Below, one piece after another: positions 41,816-55,958 of a stretch of DNA of 64,000 nucleotides. Origin of the DNA: Octopus vulgaris (Eukaryota); contig OX597826.1 in NCBI GenBank assembly GCA_951406725.2, positions 34,472,001-34,536,000 of the forward strand. Reading direction: 5' to 3'. The notes beneath the pieces were generated by a model. The model was not told the DNA's origin, searched no databases, and saw only the letters and a program-made list of their open reading frames with translations. Every line of letters starts with the position of its first letter. The first letter of the stretch is position 1. Both the position numbers and the translations under genes were made by a program.

Positions 41816-44198
41816 TTGTATGTATGTATGAATAATTGTATGTATATACATACACAGGTGTTTCATTCTCGCTTGTGGCAGCATTTTGCTGCTGAAGATT
41901 AAAGGTTAATTATCCTAAACCACAGATAAAAAAAAAACTTATATAGAAAAATATACACAAAAAGCCTTTAGTGCCTACATTGATTCAAATTAAGAATTTG
42001 ATTCGTATAAAAACGTTAAGCAAGTTTTTACACTGGAAAACCTCCAGTGTACACAAGGTCAAAAGTCTTTCGCTGTGCAGGGAAATTCACTGCGTAGTTT
42101 CTGTGTGTGAAAACACTGTTTTGTACTTACAAATAAATCACTTTGGAAAAACAAATATATTTTATACAACGATTGATTATGAATATATTCACTCATATCA
42201 TGAAATCCACTGATATTGCACGCTTAATTGCGTAGATATGAATAGTAGTAAGAAGGTAACGAAATGTTGGTTAAATTCTCGGGACAATATGTTTCCCGCC
42301 AGTTTCACCTTCTACTACATCTTTCACATCTTCACTCACCATCTTATTCAAAAATTGTTATTTGAATTCTTGTTTCCTTGCAAAGAACAGTAGTTCTATT
42401 TAAATTTTGCTGCAGCTGTACAACATATCCCCTTTTCAGTGTAAATATGAACAGTGGATATTCCATCAATTTTGCAGTTGTTTATGATTTCTAGTGGAAA
42501 ATTTTTACAAATTGCTTTCACCATCAGATATCAAGAGTATTGTAAGTTACCATTTTAAGTGTAAAATATGTTGGCAATTTCTTTGTTTATAGAGTTAACA
42601 TCAGCTTTGTTAAGAAATAATATTGATTGGTTGGTGAATTTTTCAGTAAACAAAGAGTAACAAAACAAATGAGTTATTATTTCAGATTCACTTCATAGAA
42701 ACATAATATTCCCAAACATCTGAATCTAGCATTTTCTTCACCCGACCATCCCCAGAGAAAGCAGAAAATCACCCCAACAACGGACATTTTGACTCAGTAG
42801 TCACATATTCATGGCAAATATAATTTTCATTACTTGATTTTAAAATGAAGAATGGCCCATAACTATCTTCATGACTATAACAGTCCCACCAGCTTCTAGA
42901 GAATTGAGAGTATTTGTCGAAAATCTGAAACCATCATGAATTGTCAAAAATTAAGAAATATACACAGGCTTCGCACACATGCGTGGACACTTATGTCCAC
43001 GTATGTGTGTAAAGTTATTAAATACAACACGTAATGAAGTGCTTTATTACAACAAGTGATACCAGATTCGAAATATGTTTGCCTGTTTGCCATTTTCGTT
43101 ACAGCTGCAAACACAATGCATGTGAATAGAATATTACATATAGACAATTGAATGAAGCGAGGCACAAGTTACACAGAACATTGCTTTTAATCTTGTACAT
43201 GCAGCAGGAAGACATACACGACTCAAACATGCTTCCAAATACCAGAGACGATTCCGATTGGCATACGTCTTTTCTGGAACCTCCAGAACTATCAACAAGT
43301 AACAGACGCGAAATGTAGATGTTAGATATAACAACCAGAAACGAACAAAGATATGCCATTGCCCTCATTTCAATCCTTCTTTCTGAATGTTTGCCTTAGA
43401 TTGCCATTGGTTTAACTGGAAATATCCTGAGGTATTTCAAACTACACTGATACTCAAGGAAAAAAACAATGAAATAAAGTTCGGTTTAGGGGGTTGCAAG
43501 TTGCCAAATCAGAAACAATCTTTTATATCTTTTCATCAAATTCGTCAAGATTCACGATTCGATTATCTTCTTCAGAAACAAATGTTAATTTGGTTAATGA
43601 TATTACTTCAGAGACTATCGTTTGTCGTAGGCTGCAGCATGAGTTTTTAGTTGACTAAATAGCAGCTGTTTGATTTAAAAGTAAAATGCGTACCAAGGGC
43701 TGCTCTGCATTGAGCACAGTGCCCTTACCACTAGACGTCGCGGCTTTACTAACACATTGATTGAAGTACACACACACATGTGCGCGCAGGTCTGTGCATA
43801 TTTACGCGTGTGTATACATATGCTTATATATGTGTGTGATTGTGCGTAAAATATAATTTAATTACATTCAGTTTTATATGACTTGAAAAAAACTAGGTCA
43901 ATTTATTGTGAAAGTATGTATAAACAGAAGCTGTAGAAATGTACTTTATATGGTTACAAAGATTTGTAAATTTTCGAGTTTCTTCACCTTAGCTATCTTA
44001 TATGAAATATAGGTTTACAATCGCATCTACATATCTGTGAACCTATAACTACACGATGACGTACAAATATTCAGATTATATTAAAGCGGTTTTCAAAATT
44101 TACGACCCTGATTTAATTTTCCGAAACTCGCGAAGATTTAATTTCAACATTCAAGAGGTAAAATGCTTCCAGTTATTGACAGAAGTAATTTTTTTTCT

Positions 44199-44244
<46 letters not shown>

Positions 44245-44406
44245 CATTACAATATAAAAAAAGGTGTATTATAAATATCAAATATCATTAAGTAAGAAAT
44301 AGAGATATTTCGTGGATATAAATTAATTTAACATTTTTAATAATGTTAATAAAATCTTGTAAATGTTAAAAATTAATTCATATTCATGAAATACGTTCAT
44401 TTTCTT

Positions 44407-44664
<258 letters not shown>

Positions 44665-44667
<3 letters not shown>

Positions 44668-44863
44668 TCCAAACAAGGAAGCACAAAAAAACACAACAAC
44701 GCGAGGACGTGGAACAAATATAGTATTATTGGACGCTCAGGAAAGAAGGAAAGAAGGAGGATTTAAAATTTCGAGCGGAGCTCTTCGTCGGAAACATAGG
44801 AGAAGGAAAGATCCAGAGAAGGGAAGACAGAGGAAAAAAATCGCCAACGGTATGCACGCGGGC
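44665..44863 (-). mobile_element. Solo PLE pLTR with hammerhead relic (44761-44795)
   Basis: Minus strand GTTT-CCGACGA-a-GAGC(tcc)GCTC-GAAA-tt-TT-aaat; homologous to 25201-25410; lies between (TA)n tracts. Confidence 0.7.
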
Positions 44864-44921
44864 ATGTGTGTGTATATATATGTTTATATATATATATCTA
44901 TATATACATGTATATATATGC

Positions 44922-45008
<87 letters not shown>

Positions 45009-45010
<2 letters not shown>

Positions 45011-45566
45011 TAAAGTGAAAAAACTACAGAAGGCTTAAAGGTTAAAAAATATATATATTTGCGTCAATATGTCTGAAGAATATTAAAATTTTTTTTTTCC
45101 CTTACAATGACATAGTTTAGAAGAAAGACCGGTTTCGCGTTTAGCTTTTCAAATTTCTTACGACGTTATGTTTATGTTGAATAGATCGTTATCGTTTAAA
45201 AGAGTTCTAAATAAGGGGAGGTAATGAGTGATTTCTTCCGGTGTAAAGGAGATAATCGCTTAAAATATTTTTCCTTTCCCTTGGTGTGAAAAAAGGAAAA
45301 AAAAATTTAAGCGATTTTCTCCCTTACACCGGAAGAAATCACTCATTACCTCCCCTTATTTAGAACTCTTTTAAACATAAACATAACTATAACTCTATTC
45401 AACATAAACATAACGTCGTAAGAAATTTGAAAAGCTAAACGCAAAACCCGTCTTTCTTCTAAGCTATGTCATTGTAAGAAAAAAATTTCTAATATTCTTC
45501 AGTCATATTGACGCAAATATATATATTTTTTAACCTTTAAGCCTTCTGTAGTTTTTTGACTTTATA
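45009..45566. mobile_element. Near-perfect foldback element (about 270-bp arms, about 15-bp spacer) with a hammerhead in each arm
   Basis: Left arm from tataaagtgaaaaaactacagaaggc is the reverse complement of the right arm ending gccttctgtagttttttgactttata. Confidence 0.9.
45121..45159 (-). ncRNA. Minimal type-I hammerhead, U3:A8 variant
   Basis: AAGAAA-t-TTGAAAA-GC(taaac)GC-GAAA-CCGG-TC-TTTCTT. Mirror copy at 45420-45458 (plus) has GAAA changed to AAAA and CCGG to CCCG. Confidence 0.65.
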
Positions 45567-45687
45567 CTATTTTCTATATATTCAACCACGTGCTTTCACA
45601 AACCAACTTTCTTATCTATATATATATATGCTAAAAATATATTGAAAAACAAATATGAACTAGATAATGTCAAGGAGATAAAAGTTT

Positions 45688-45945
45688 GGTCAACGTAGCT
45701 GTCCTCAAGATGGATCAGGAACCTGGCGTATGTGATCCTCACTGTGTCCCCGGGGAGATCTTCGATCGCCTCCTTGATCTGATCACCAGCTCGATCAGCA
45801 TAGTGTTACATGCTGAATGGTTGGTGTCGTTATTATTTACATCTCAGAAATAGTAATCCTTGGTTTTACAATCTGGAGAAATAGTAAGCCAGAAATTGGA
45901 GGTACTGAAGTCTTAGAAATTCTCCGACAACAGATTCTAACTCGA
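45688..45945 (-). mobile_element. Second Tc1/mariner transposase C-terminal relic
   Basis: Minus strand LLSENF*DFSTSNFWLTISPDCKTKDYYF resembles WPPNSPDCNP.DYY.W, followed by DTNHSACNT. Confidence 0.7.
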
Positions 45946-46165
45946 TTTGAAGCGACAACTTTTAAATACAAACAAATGACCAAAAAAGGTTGAGCTAACC
46001 CTAGTCAGAATCAAACCCTCAAATCAACACTAGCATGGCTTTCTCTCCGAAACTTACAAGACCTTTCCGGTTTGTTTACAAATGTTATAGAAATATATGT
46101 GCACACATATATATACATATGTATATATATGTGTGTGTGTGTGTAAGTTAAAAAAAATACATACA

Positions 46166-46197
<32 letters not shown>

Positions 46198-46273
46198 CTT
46201 GATAATTGTAAGCACCTGCATATACCTTTTGGTGGTATAGGTGGTAGAGTATATTAATCAAAATAAAAACACG

Positions 46274-46682
46274 ATGCCAAGGATTCATCGGTACATATGT
46301 TTCGGGCCTTTATTAGACTGATTTATAACAATGCATAATGTGTGTCTATGGCCTTCTTCAGCCGCGCACAATTACTACTTCAAGGACATGTATTACATCA
46401 TAAATTCTATTTTGGGGATGCAAATCTTCACAGTCGCGTACGAAAGAGTAGGTCACCAGCACAAAAACGAAACGTCAATCCCGTCTTTCATTCAATGTAG
46501 ACGTCGTACGCGACTGTGAGGATTTGCATCCCCAAAATAGAATTTATGATGTAATACATGTCCTTGAAGTACTAATTGTGCGCGGCTGAAGAAGGCCATA
46601 GACACACATTATGCATTGTTATAAATCAGTCTAATAAAGGCCCGAATTTTGATATATATGTACATATATGAATCCTTGGCAT
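46274..46682. mobile_element. Young foldback element (170-bp arms, 60-bp spacer) with hammerhead
   Basis: 46274-46443 vs 46504-46682 are nearly identical inverted copies (atgccaaggattcat ... atgaatccttggcat). Confidence 0.92.
46289..46364 (-). ncRNA. Type-I hammerhead ribozyme with canonical core
   Basis: CGG-CTGAAGA-aGGCC..TAGAC..(loop)..GTCTA..GGCCc-GAAA-CATATG-TA-CCG: palindromic stem III ACAUAUGU, GUA triplet, 3-bp stem I. Confidence 0.8.
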
Positions 46683-46692
46683 ATATATTTTA

Positions 46693-46724
<32 letters not shown>

Positions 46725-47136
46725 GGCGCAGGAGTGGCTGTGTGGTAAGTAGCTTGCTAACCAACCACATGGTTCCGGGTTCAGTCCCACTGCGTGGCAT
46801 CTTGGGCAAGTGTCTTCTGCTATAGCCTCGGGCCGACCAAAGCCTTGTGAGTGGATTTGGTAGATGGAATCTGAAAGAAGCCTGTCGTATATATATATAC
46901 ATATATATATATGTATGTGCGTGTATATGTTTGTGTGTCTGTGTTTGTTCCTCTAGCGTTGCTTGACAACCGATGCTGTGTGTTTATGTCCCCGTCACCT
47001 AGCTGTTCGGCAAAAGAGACCGATAGAATAAGTACTTGGCTTACAAATAATAAGTCCCGGGGTCGATTTGCTCGACTAAAGGCGGTGCTCCAGCATGGCC
47101 GCAGTCAAATGACTGAAACAAGTAAAAGAGTAAAGA

Positions 47137-47137
<1 letters not shown>
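46725..47137 (+). mobile_element. SINE family A, full length
   Basis: Starts ggcgcaggagtggctgtgtggtaag, B box gggttcagtccc, complete tail; inserted within (TA)n. Confidence 0.93.
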
Positions 47138-47179
<42 letters not shown>

Positions 47180-47454
47180 AAAAGAGCAAAAGTATAATTT
47201 ATATTTCTACGGGGAAAAAAAAAATTATTTTCACAAATAGAGTAAGCTGTTCAGAATTATGTTTTTACAATGACAGACTAGAAGCTTGTGAAAAACTGCA
47301 ATATTTATTATTCTCCTTTATGAGAAACTCGTCCAGACATGTGTCATAATTATAGATAGTTATGATATTTGTCGGCAACTGGGTCACTAGGTACGATGCT
47401 TTATCACATCCTCAGTTTAACTCATTTTGTATTTATATATTTATGGTAGATTAT

Positions 47455-47678
47455 TTATATTACTGAGATGTACTTGCATAGCAAGTGACCTGATCTGAGA
47501 TGGTTTGCTGGAACAAAAACAATTGCAGTGTGGAAGCCATTTAGAAACACACAAACATCGTTAGATTCAATTCAACATTTAAACTTAATTTGCCAAAATA
47601 TTTTCCTCGCTTTGAGACTGCGACCTGTTTACGGACAAAATTCCGTGCTGCATCTGAGAAAATAACTGTTAGTTCATG

Positions 47679-47680
<2 letters not shown>
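47455..47680 (-). mobile_element. Probable pLTR with G3:C8-type hammerhead relic (47589-47639)
   Basis: Minus strand TTTGTCc-GTAAACA-g-gTCGC(agtctcaaa)GCGAg-GAAA-ATAT-TT-tGGCAAA. Confidence 0.5.
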
Positions 47681-47709
<29 letters not shown>

Positions 47710-48506
47710 TGTATGTATGTATGTATGTATGTATGTACGTATGTATTAATGTGTGTGTGTACATGTATGTGCGTATGCATATGTGCATGCCTATACGCAT
47801 GTATGTATGTAAGTATATACGTATGTACTTATGTATGTACATGAGTATTTAGGTAAGTGTGCAGACGTGTCTGTGTGTGTGTACATGTGTATGTACATGT
47901 GATTGTGATTATTTATAGTTTTCATTCTCTACACGCACACACACATACACACAAATGTGTATACATATTACAGATTATTCTGTGTTAAACTAGAACTCTT
48001 ATATATGCCCTTGATTGTTTATTCGTTGTCTGAGTTTTTTAATTGTTATTATAGCATGCGAAAGAAAGGAAATAAGGGTTATTGCTATTTATCGTTGGTT
48101 AAATATAACAGTTTGAGAGACAGGGTTGTTGTCACTGTACTTACTGTTTATGTATATATCTTATACTGTCACATTGTAAACACATCCTCTCACCTTACAA
48201 AGCGATGTGCCACAGAGAACAGCTTAATGTTGTAGTAATTTGGTTATTCTGGAGAAATAACGATTAAGTTGCACTGAATTCTTCTGTGGCTCACTGTAAT
48301 AAGCCTCATTGCACAACATTTACGCAAGTTAAATCTCACTCTTGTATCAACGGTAGAATTAAATAGCTCAAAAATGATTAGCAATTCTTACTCCTAATCT
48401 GGAAAGTGATAGTTTTCACCAAGGAGAAATATCATTATCGAAGTTACGACAGTTCTCTCCCCAATTTATTTCCAACAGAATAAACATTCATTTCAGAACA
48501 CCCCGC

Positions 48507-48561
<55 letters not shown>

Positions 48562-48840
48562 CCGACTGTATTCACACATTTTTCTTATATTTTTCTTATA
48601 TGCTTATATTGATGAGGTGTGTTTCATCTTCCGTGATTTTTATGCATGTATATTCTATGTGAAAGAAAAAGCATTATGTGATTAAATGTCCGAGATATGA
48701 AATGTTATGTGGATGAACTTATATTTCTTTCTTCTGCAACCATAGTTTAATATATATACACACACAGAAGAAATCATGGATGTTGTAGATTGGAAATCTA
48801 GATTTACTTACGGAGACTGTCACTGAGTATCGCCCGAGGA

Positions 48841-48934
48841 GATACATATAGATCTTCTTATACAGGTAAATCGTTACATAATTTAATCTAAACTTTAACT
48901 TTAAATCCTGTGTATACGAGGATCTGTATGTATC
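48841..48934. repeat. Short inverted repeat (about 23-bp arms)
   Basis: gatacatatagatcttcttatac / gtatacgaggatctgtatgtatc. Confidence 0.65.
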
Positions 48935-49014
48935 GATATATTTGTAGTGATTAAAAAGCTGCCTAACTGTACTTACTCTTGTTTTTTACTCTTTTACGCT
49001 GTATATATATATAT

Positions 49015-49305
49015 GTAATACCAAATGGGACAAGCACGCAAAACATCCGGACAACTAGGTGATACAAAATTGGACAACAAAACATCCAGATAGACGATAC
49101 AAAATTAAAAACAAGGACGGGCCATTCGAAGCCTTTTTTCTTCAGTCAAGAACCGGATCGTCCTCGCAATTTCGGCTGATCAATCTTGAGATTGCTCCAA
49201 TCTGGCCAGCACCAAGGGAAAACTAAGTTAAGAGCATTAGATTCTTTGGAAAAAAGCATCGAATGTATACGAATCAAGGACGAAAAAATAGACGATGCTA
49301 CACGA
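49015..49305. mobile_element. Unclassified interspersed element between (TA)n tracts
   Basis: GC-richer island with internal direct repeat caaaacatcc.ga...gatacaaaatt; context resembles the pLTR insertions. Confidence 0.35.
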
Positions 49306-49353
<48 letters not shown>

Positions 49354-52057
49354 GAATTTCACAGACAATATGAACTGTCAAGATATCAGTGAAAAGAAAT
49401 GAAGTAAACAAGTAAGCAAGAGAAGGATGAAATGGAGCTTTTCACCAAAAAATGCTGCACAAAGCATACAAGTAAAAACAACGATGATTGAACTAATAAT
49501 TGAATTTCTTTTCAAAATATTGTTTTAAAATATCACAACGCTGCAATTCTTACTTGATGATATTTGATATCAGAAGACATCATATGTTCCAATGAAACAT
49601 TCCCGTTGGTTTGTCTTTTCAATAGCTTGTAAATATTTATGTGTTCTGTTGTTTTTTGGGGGTTTTTTTGCATATGAAGACGAAACATTAGATCTTCGCC
49701 AAGGTTCTCTGTGTTATATTGAGATCAAATCCCACTCTGTGTTATGTTGAGATCAAATGTCGCCACTGCTTTTTATCCTCTCGTGTCGATAAATATATTA
49801 CCTGTTCATGGCTGTAGGTGGAATTTCTAACTTACTGCACGCAGTGCCTTTTGGTAGATTTTCTGACCCTTAGTCTTTTAACTACAATACATGAAGAATC
49901 CGGTACTAGACCCTTTTTCCCATTTCCTTGTAACCACATGTATGGCGCGGAGATATGAAACACTCATGTATAGAACAGGCTAGTCTTCCACAAGAATTCT
50001 TACGTAGGTCTGCGTTGCACGGAAGATCTTCCTGCTACACGTGTGTAGCAGATACAAAAGCCATTGATTTGACGAGAACCACTGAGGGAGATACTTATGT
50101 AAATGAAAGAATATGATGTAGTTTCAATTCTAGAATAAGGCTATTTTGTTAAGACGATGCAGCAAATTGTATTGCACTTACATATCTAACATTATTGGAA
50201 TGAAAGAAAACATCAATGTTGTACATCTAAATCATCTTTATGTAAACTGTAAGAGTTTTGTGCCTTTTCCAAAAGAAAGTAGTTAATGTTCTGTATATAC
50301 TTTATTACAATTATAAATAAAATATCGAATCTTTTGTCTTGGTACACAGCCAGATCGTAGAAGGAAACATTATGATCAATTGAAACAATCTGAATATATT
50401 ATTTTTGTACAGGGGCCATAGAGCAGGGTAGATGGTATGATGCCAGAACAAGCTTTTCGTGACATTTAATTACATAGTTTTATCTTCAGTGTACAAGGTT
50501 CACATTGCTATTTTCTCGATCGTAATTCCTAAATGAAGGAACATTTATGTATTCACTGCTACTGGGGTCGGTGGAGGTTTTCCTCGACCAATGTCCCTTT
50601 AGGTTCCCTGCCCAAATCTTGCAGATGTGAATCATAACTTTTAGCATTTCAATGGCGTTCTACAAAACAATATCAGCATCAATTAAATCAATTACAAATT
50701 AAGAGCTTGATTACGCAAAGAAGTCTTTCCTGACTACACCTATGGGGAAAATGGTGCCATGCCGCACGAAATTTAACCTTCTCTTGGAAAAAATTACTGG
50801 CGTGAACCAATAATGTCAAATATATGAGCCAGTTTTGGCCATCAACACAACGTTGCCAAGACCTTTGCTCTGCAGAGAACACTCGAGTACTGCTGTACCA
50901 GACTTTAGGAATAAAGACCAAAACTCGATTATCTGAAGCAAATGCATGTTATCTCAGGACGTGGATGACAAAACGAAAAGCAGAAGCACATCAATATTCC
51001 GAGTTCGATTCGTATTCTGCCGTGGTTACAAATAAATGCATTATTAATGTTTATTTTAATGCTCCTGTTGAGTTGAAATTTAAAATCAATTCTGGACGGA
51101 TTTGATCTCAGAAACTTACGGTGTTCAACTAACTATATAGCAAACCGCTTTATTTCACAACACTGGACACTTAGACAGACATAATCCAATAAATAATTTA
51201 AATATAAATGAAATTTGGATTTCCTTCCTTGAAGCGCCGCCATTACTTCAGACAGGAGAATTCAATCGTCTCTATGATCAAGTCTGGTATATTATAGTCC
51301 ATTATATCAATGATGTTTATCATATCGTTTCCTATCCCCTCATGTACTAAATAACATGGTCAACCACTGAGGGAGTGGAACTAATAAGACTAAATATGAC
51401 CAAATCATATAGTCCAGAACACAACAGTATCACTTATATCTGCCACAATAAACACAATTTAATAATAAGTAAAATTGAATATATATGTAATGCGTCTGAC
51501 AGAGCGGAAATTATCATATACATGTGCAGAACAATGAATATATAAATGTATTCAATTCACTCATGCATGTCAAGATGTCTCTTGAAAATCATTCATAAAA
51601 TTCCATAAAAACCGAATTATAAAATGGATTTCATTAAGTTATAGGATGGCTTTTGTAGACGACCCGTTTGACATCGATTGAATTGTTTTCACTAGATTAT
51701 TGGTTTGTTATTGAGGATGTCTCACCAGAAGAGGGATAGAAAGTGAAGATGACTAGGGTTTAATTTATGTATTATGTACATCAATTGCATCAAAATGATA
51801 CTTAAATTATCCCTAGCTTAGAAACATTACACCATACAAGAAGAATGAATATATTTCATTTCATAACACAAGTTACATACAGCACTATGTGTATGAGACG
51901 CAGAAACATATACGAGATAAATCTTTAATGAGTTTATTGAAAACGGAAGCACATAGACATAGATCCATACGCTGACTCATGAGAAGTAAATCGTTAAAAA
52001 CGTTGCGTGTAAGAAGGGATTAAGAAAATTTGAGATAAAGTTAATTATTCAAGTAGT

Positions 52058-52107
<50 letters not shown>

Positions 52108-52121
52108 TTACCACCAATAAT

Positions 52122-52335
52122 AATCCTTTCTACTATAGGCACAATGCCTGAAACTTTGGGGGCGGGGATGAGTCAATTACATCGACTCCATTGCTCAACT
52201 GCTACTTAATTTATTGACACCAAAGTATGAAAGGCAAAGTCGACCTCGGCGGAATTTGAACTCAGAATGGAGCAACGGGCGAAATACCACTAAACATTTC
52301 GTCTAGCGAGCAAATAATTCTGCCAGCTCACCGCC
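52122..52335 (-). mobile_element. SINE family B
   Basis: aaaggcaaagtcgacctcggcggaatttgaactcag...ctgccagctcaccgcc. Confidence 0.9.
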
Positions 52336-53034
<699 letters not shown>

Positions 53035-53045
53035 ATAATAATAAC

Positions 53046-53212
53046 GTTTTCTATTATTTGTACTATTTTGTGGGAGGTTGATAGACGATTACATCGACTT
53101 CAGTGTGTAACTGGTACTTATTTTATCGACCTTGGAAGGATAAAAGGCAAAGACGACCTTGGCATCTTTTGAACTCAGAATATAAAACCAGAAAAATTAC
53201 CGCTAAGCATTA
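53046..53212 (-). mobile_element. SINE family B, partial
   Basis: ctggtacttattttatcgacc...aaaggcaaag...tttgaactcagaa. Confidence 0.85.
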
Positions 53213-53553
53213 TATTGATAGCGCTTTAAAATTTTGTCTCTGCGTGTGTATCAAACAGTAAATGTTAACAGAGACGGGAAATAGTACTGGACGATTACAT
53301 TTTAAGATTATACAAAAAATGCGTGTAAAATCGCCGTAGTAAATCTAATGAAAAATTATTAAAAAGAAAAAACTATACGCGCAAAAAGCACGTATCCTCA
53401 GTGAAACTGACGCTGAGGTAAGCGCCCTCTCCCTGTAATTCCTCCCCACAGGCTCATGCTCAGAGCAAGCAACTTAATAGGACCATGTTTACCGCACTAA
53501 CGCACTATTGAACAGCTTTACAGAGAAGCGGTAGTTCTTTCTCTGTCCTTAGT

Positions 53554-53745
53554 CCAAGTGTTTGCTTTTGACCCTTTCACTTTCGTCCACCAGAAATCCT
53601 CAGATTCTCCGCCCTACGCATCTGATAGCCGGATCCTCACCATAAATGACAGTGGGTGTTCCTCATAATTACGCAAGTCATCATGGATCGAATGCGTGCA
53701 GATTTTCGTCGCTCAGCATACCTCTTGCAGAGGTGAGTGTTCATG
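53554..53745 (-). pseudogene. L1/Tx1-like ORF2 C-terminal relic
   Basis: Minus strand TSARGMLSDENLHAFDP* (decayed C..C..ET..H....C knuckle), LRNYEEHPLSFMVRIRLS, FWWTKVKG. Confidence 0.45.
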
Positions 53746-53898
53746 CATCTTGTGCCATTAAAATTTACCTATACCCTGCAATGCCCCTCAGTAGCAGAAA
53801 TAAATATGTAGTTTCTGCGCAAGAAATAACGCTTCCGTTAAGTATTCAGCTAAATGCTATGATTTATATTAAATTTATGTAAAAAGGAGCACAAGCAA

Positions 53899-54262
53899 CT
53901 ATGTGGTAAGAAACCTGTTTCCCAACGAGATGGTTCTGATTTCAGTCCCTCTATGTAACACCTTCAGTATGTGTCTTCTACCACAGCCTCGAGCCAACCA
54001 GTGAATTTGGTAGACGGAAACTGAAAGAAGCCTATCATATACATACGTGTATGTATGTATGTATATGTGTCTTTGTCCCATCATCGTTTGACAACTGCTG
54101 CTTATGTGTTTATGACCCCGTAACTTAGCGGTTCAGCAAAAATGACCGAGAGAAAATGTATCAGCCGTAACAAAAAGAATAGGTACTATCGTTTACTTGT
54201 TCTCCAATGTGGTGCCCCAACATGGCCGCAATATAATGCCTGCAAGAAGCGATAAAAGATTC
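53899..54262 (+). mobile_element. SINE family A, decayed
   Basis: tgtggtaagaa...ttcagtccc...tttggtagacggaaactgaaagaagcct...taacttagcggttc...catggccgca. Confidence 0.85.
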
Positions 54263-55129
54263 AGACATACATACATACATATATACATACATATATACAT
54301 ACATACATACATACATACATACATACATACATACATACATGCATAAATGCACATATACATACATATTTTTTGCAGTTCCATTATAGATAAGATCAACAAA
54401 TAAAGTCCCCTATCCAGTGAAAGAAAAATATTATTTGACATACAAAATTACCAAACAGCTACTAACAATTTAATGATTTAAGATACATTTAACTAGCAGA
54501 TTTACATAACATGCCTCCAAGCAATCTTTCAGACTCAGTTTCTAGAGTAAGATGTATTTAAAAAGCAGGATGCTGGACCATGGAAACGCTTAAGGGGAGA
54601 AAAAAAACAGAAGAAAAAAACGAAGAAAGTAGATGTACACACGCACATGCATTGAGCATTATTGTGAGTTAAAATTTTACATTAGAAAAAAAAAAGGTTA
54701 AGTCTGATGATTTGGGACAAATCCTTCTTGAGTTACGGGTGTTGTTATTCCTTTGGAATTTAGCTATTTTTCCTACATTGAAATCGATTAATTTCTGATA
54801 AGTCACATGGATCAGTTGTAGCTCCAAGGTTTAGTTTAAAAGTCATGTGACAAACAACCGAAGAGTAATTTACAAATTCATGCGAGGAACCTAAAATAAT
54901 GGATTATATGCAGAATATGCAAAATTAAGCAAGATATTTCTGTAATAAAATATGCAAGATGATATTTATTTTTATATTCTAATATATATGGATTTATATT
55001 AGGCATACACTCTCTCTCGGCACATACACATATATATATATGTATGTCATAGTGTATGCGTCCGTATGTGCCCAGTACGTATGTATGCACACATGTATGC
55101 ATGTATGTATGTATATGTATATATATATG

Positions 55130-55181
<52 letters not shown>

Positions 55182-55489
55182 TGTATGTATATATATATAT
55201 AAAGATATGTATATATGTAAGTATATATATGACATGCACACACACATGCACATACACAGACATATATGTATGCGCACGTGTGGATTTGAATAGGTTTATT
55301 CATAAAGTCACAAACACACACACACACACGTTAACACAACCACGCACTTTGAAACACTAGAACAATCAAACAATCCACATATGTATGTAAATTTATTCCA
55401 GCATAAATAGTTTTGTCATCGTTAATATTCTTCTCCTTCCTACATATTCACATGCTCCACTTCATCACTGATCATCATCATCATCATCG

Positions 55490-55521
<32 letters not shown>

Positions 55522-55789
55522 ATCAACATCATCATTTACACCAACAAAATTCACACGAACATCACATCAATTTTGCATCTAATGTTCTCGTTTTGTTTGC
55601 AACCATTCAGTTGTTTAAAAGCAGTAAACAAAATATCTGGCAATAGTTACTCACATCTTTTTACAGTCTGCGTTCAAGTCGTGGCCAATTTTTACCCTTC
55701 AATATCAGTCAAATGCATCGCACGAACGAACGAACGATCCTCAGTCACATATTCAATCACTTTGAGCATCATCAGCACCACCACTACAG

Positions 55790-55958
<169 letters not shown>

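Noticed and set aside
46725-46800. tRNA gene candidates with A and B boxes
   Set aside because: They are SINE heads continuing into a shared body and tail; no complete cloverleaf seen.
49705-49760. 28-bp tandem duplication ctctgtgttat.ttgagatcaaat
   Set aside because: Local slippage inside a decayed SINE B; ordinary.
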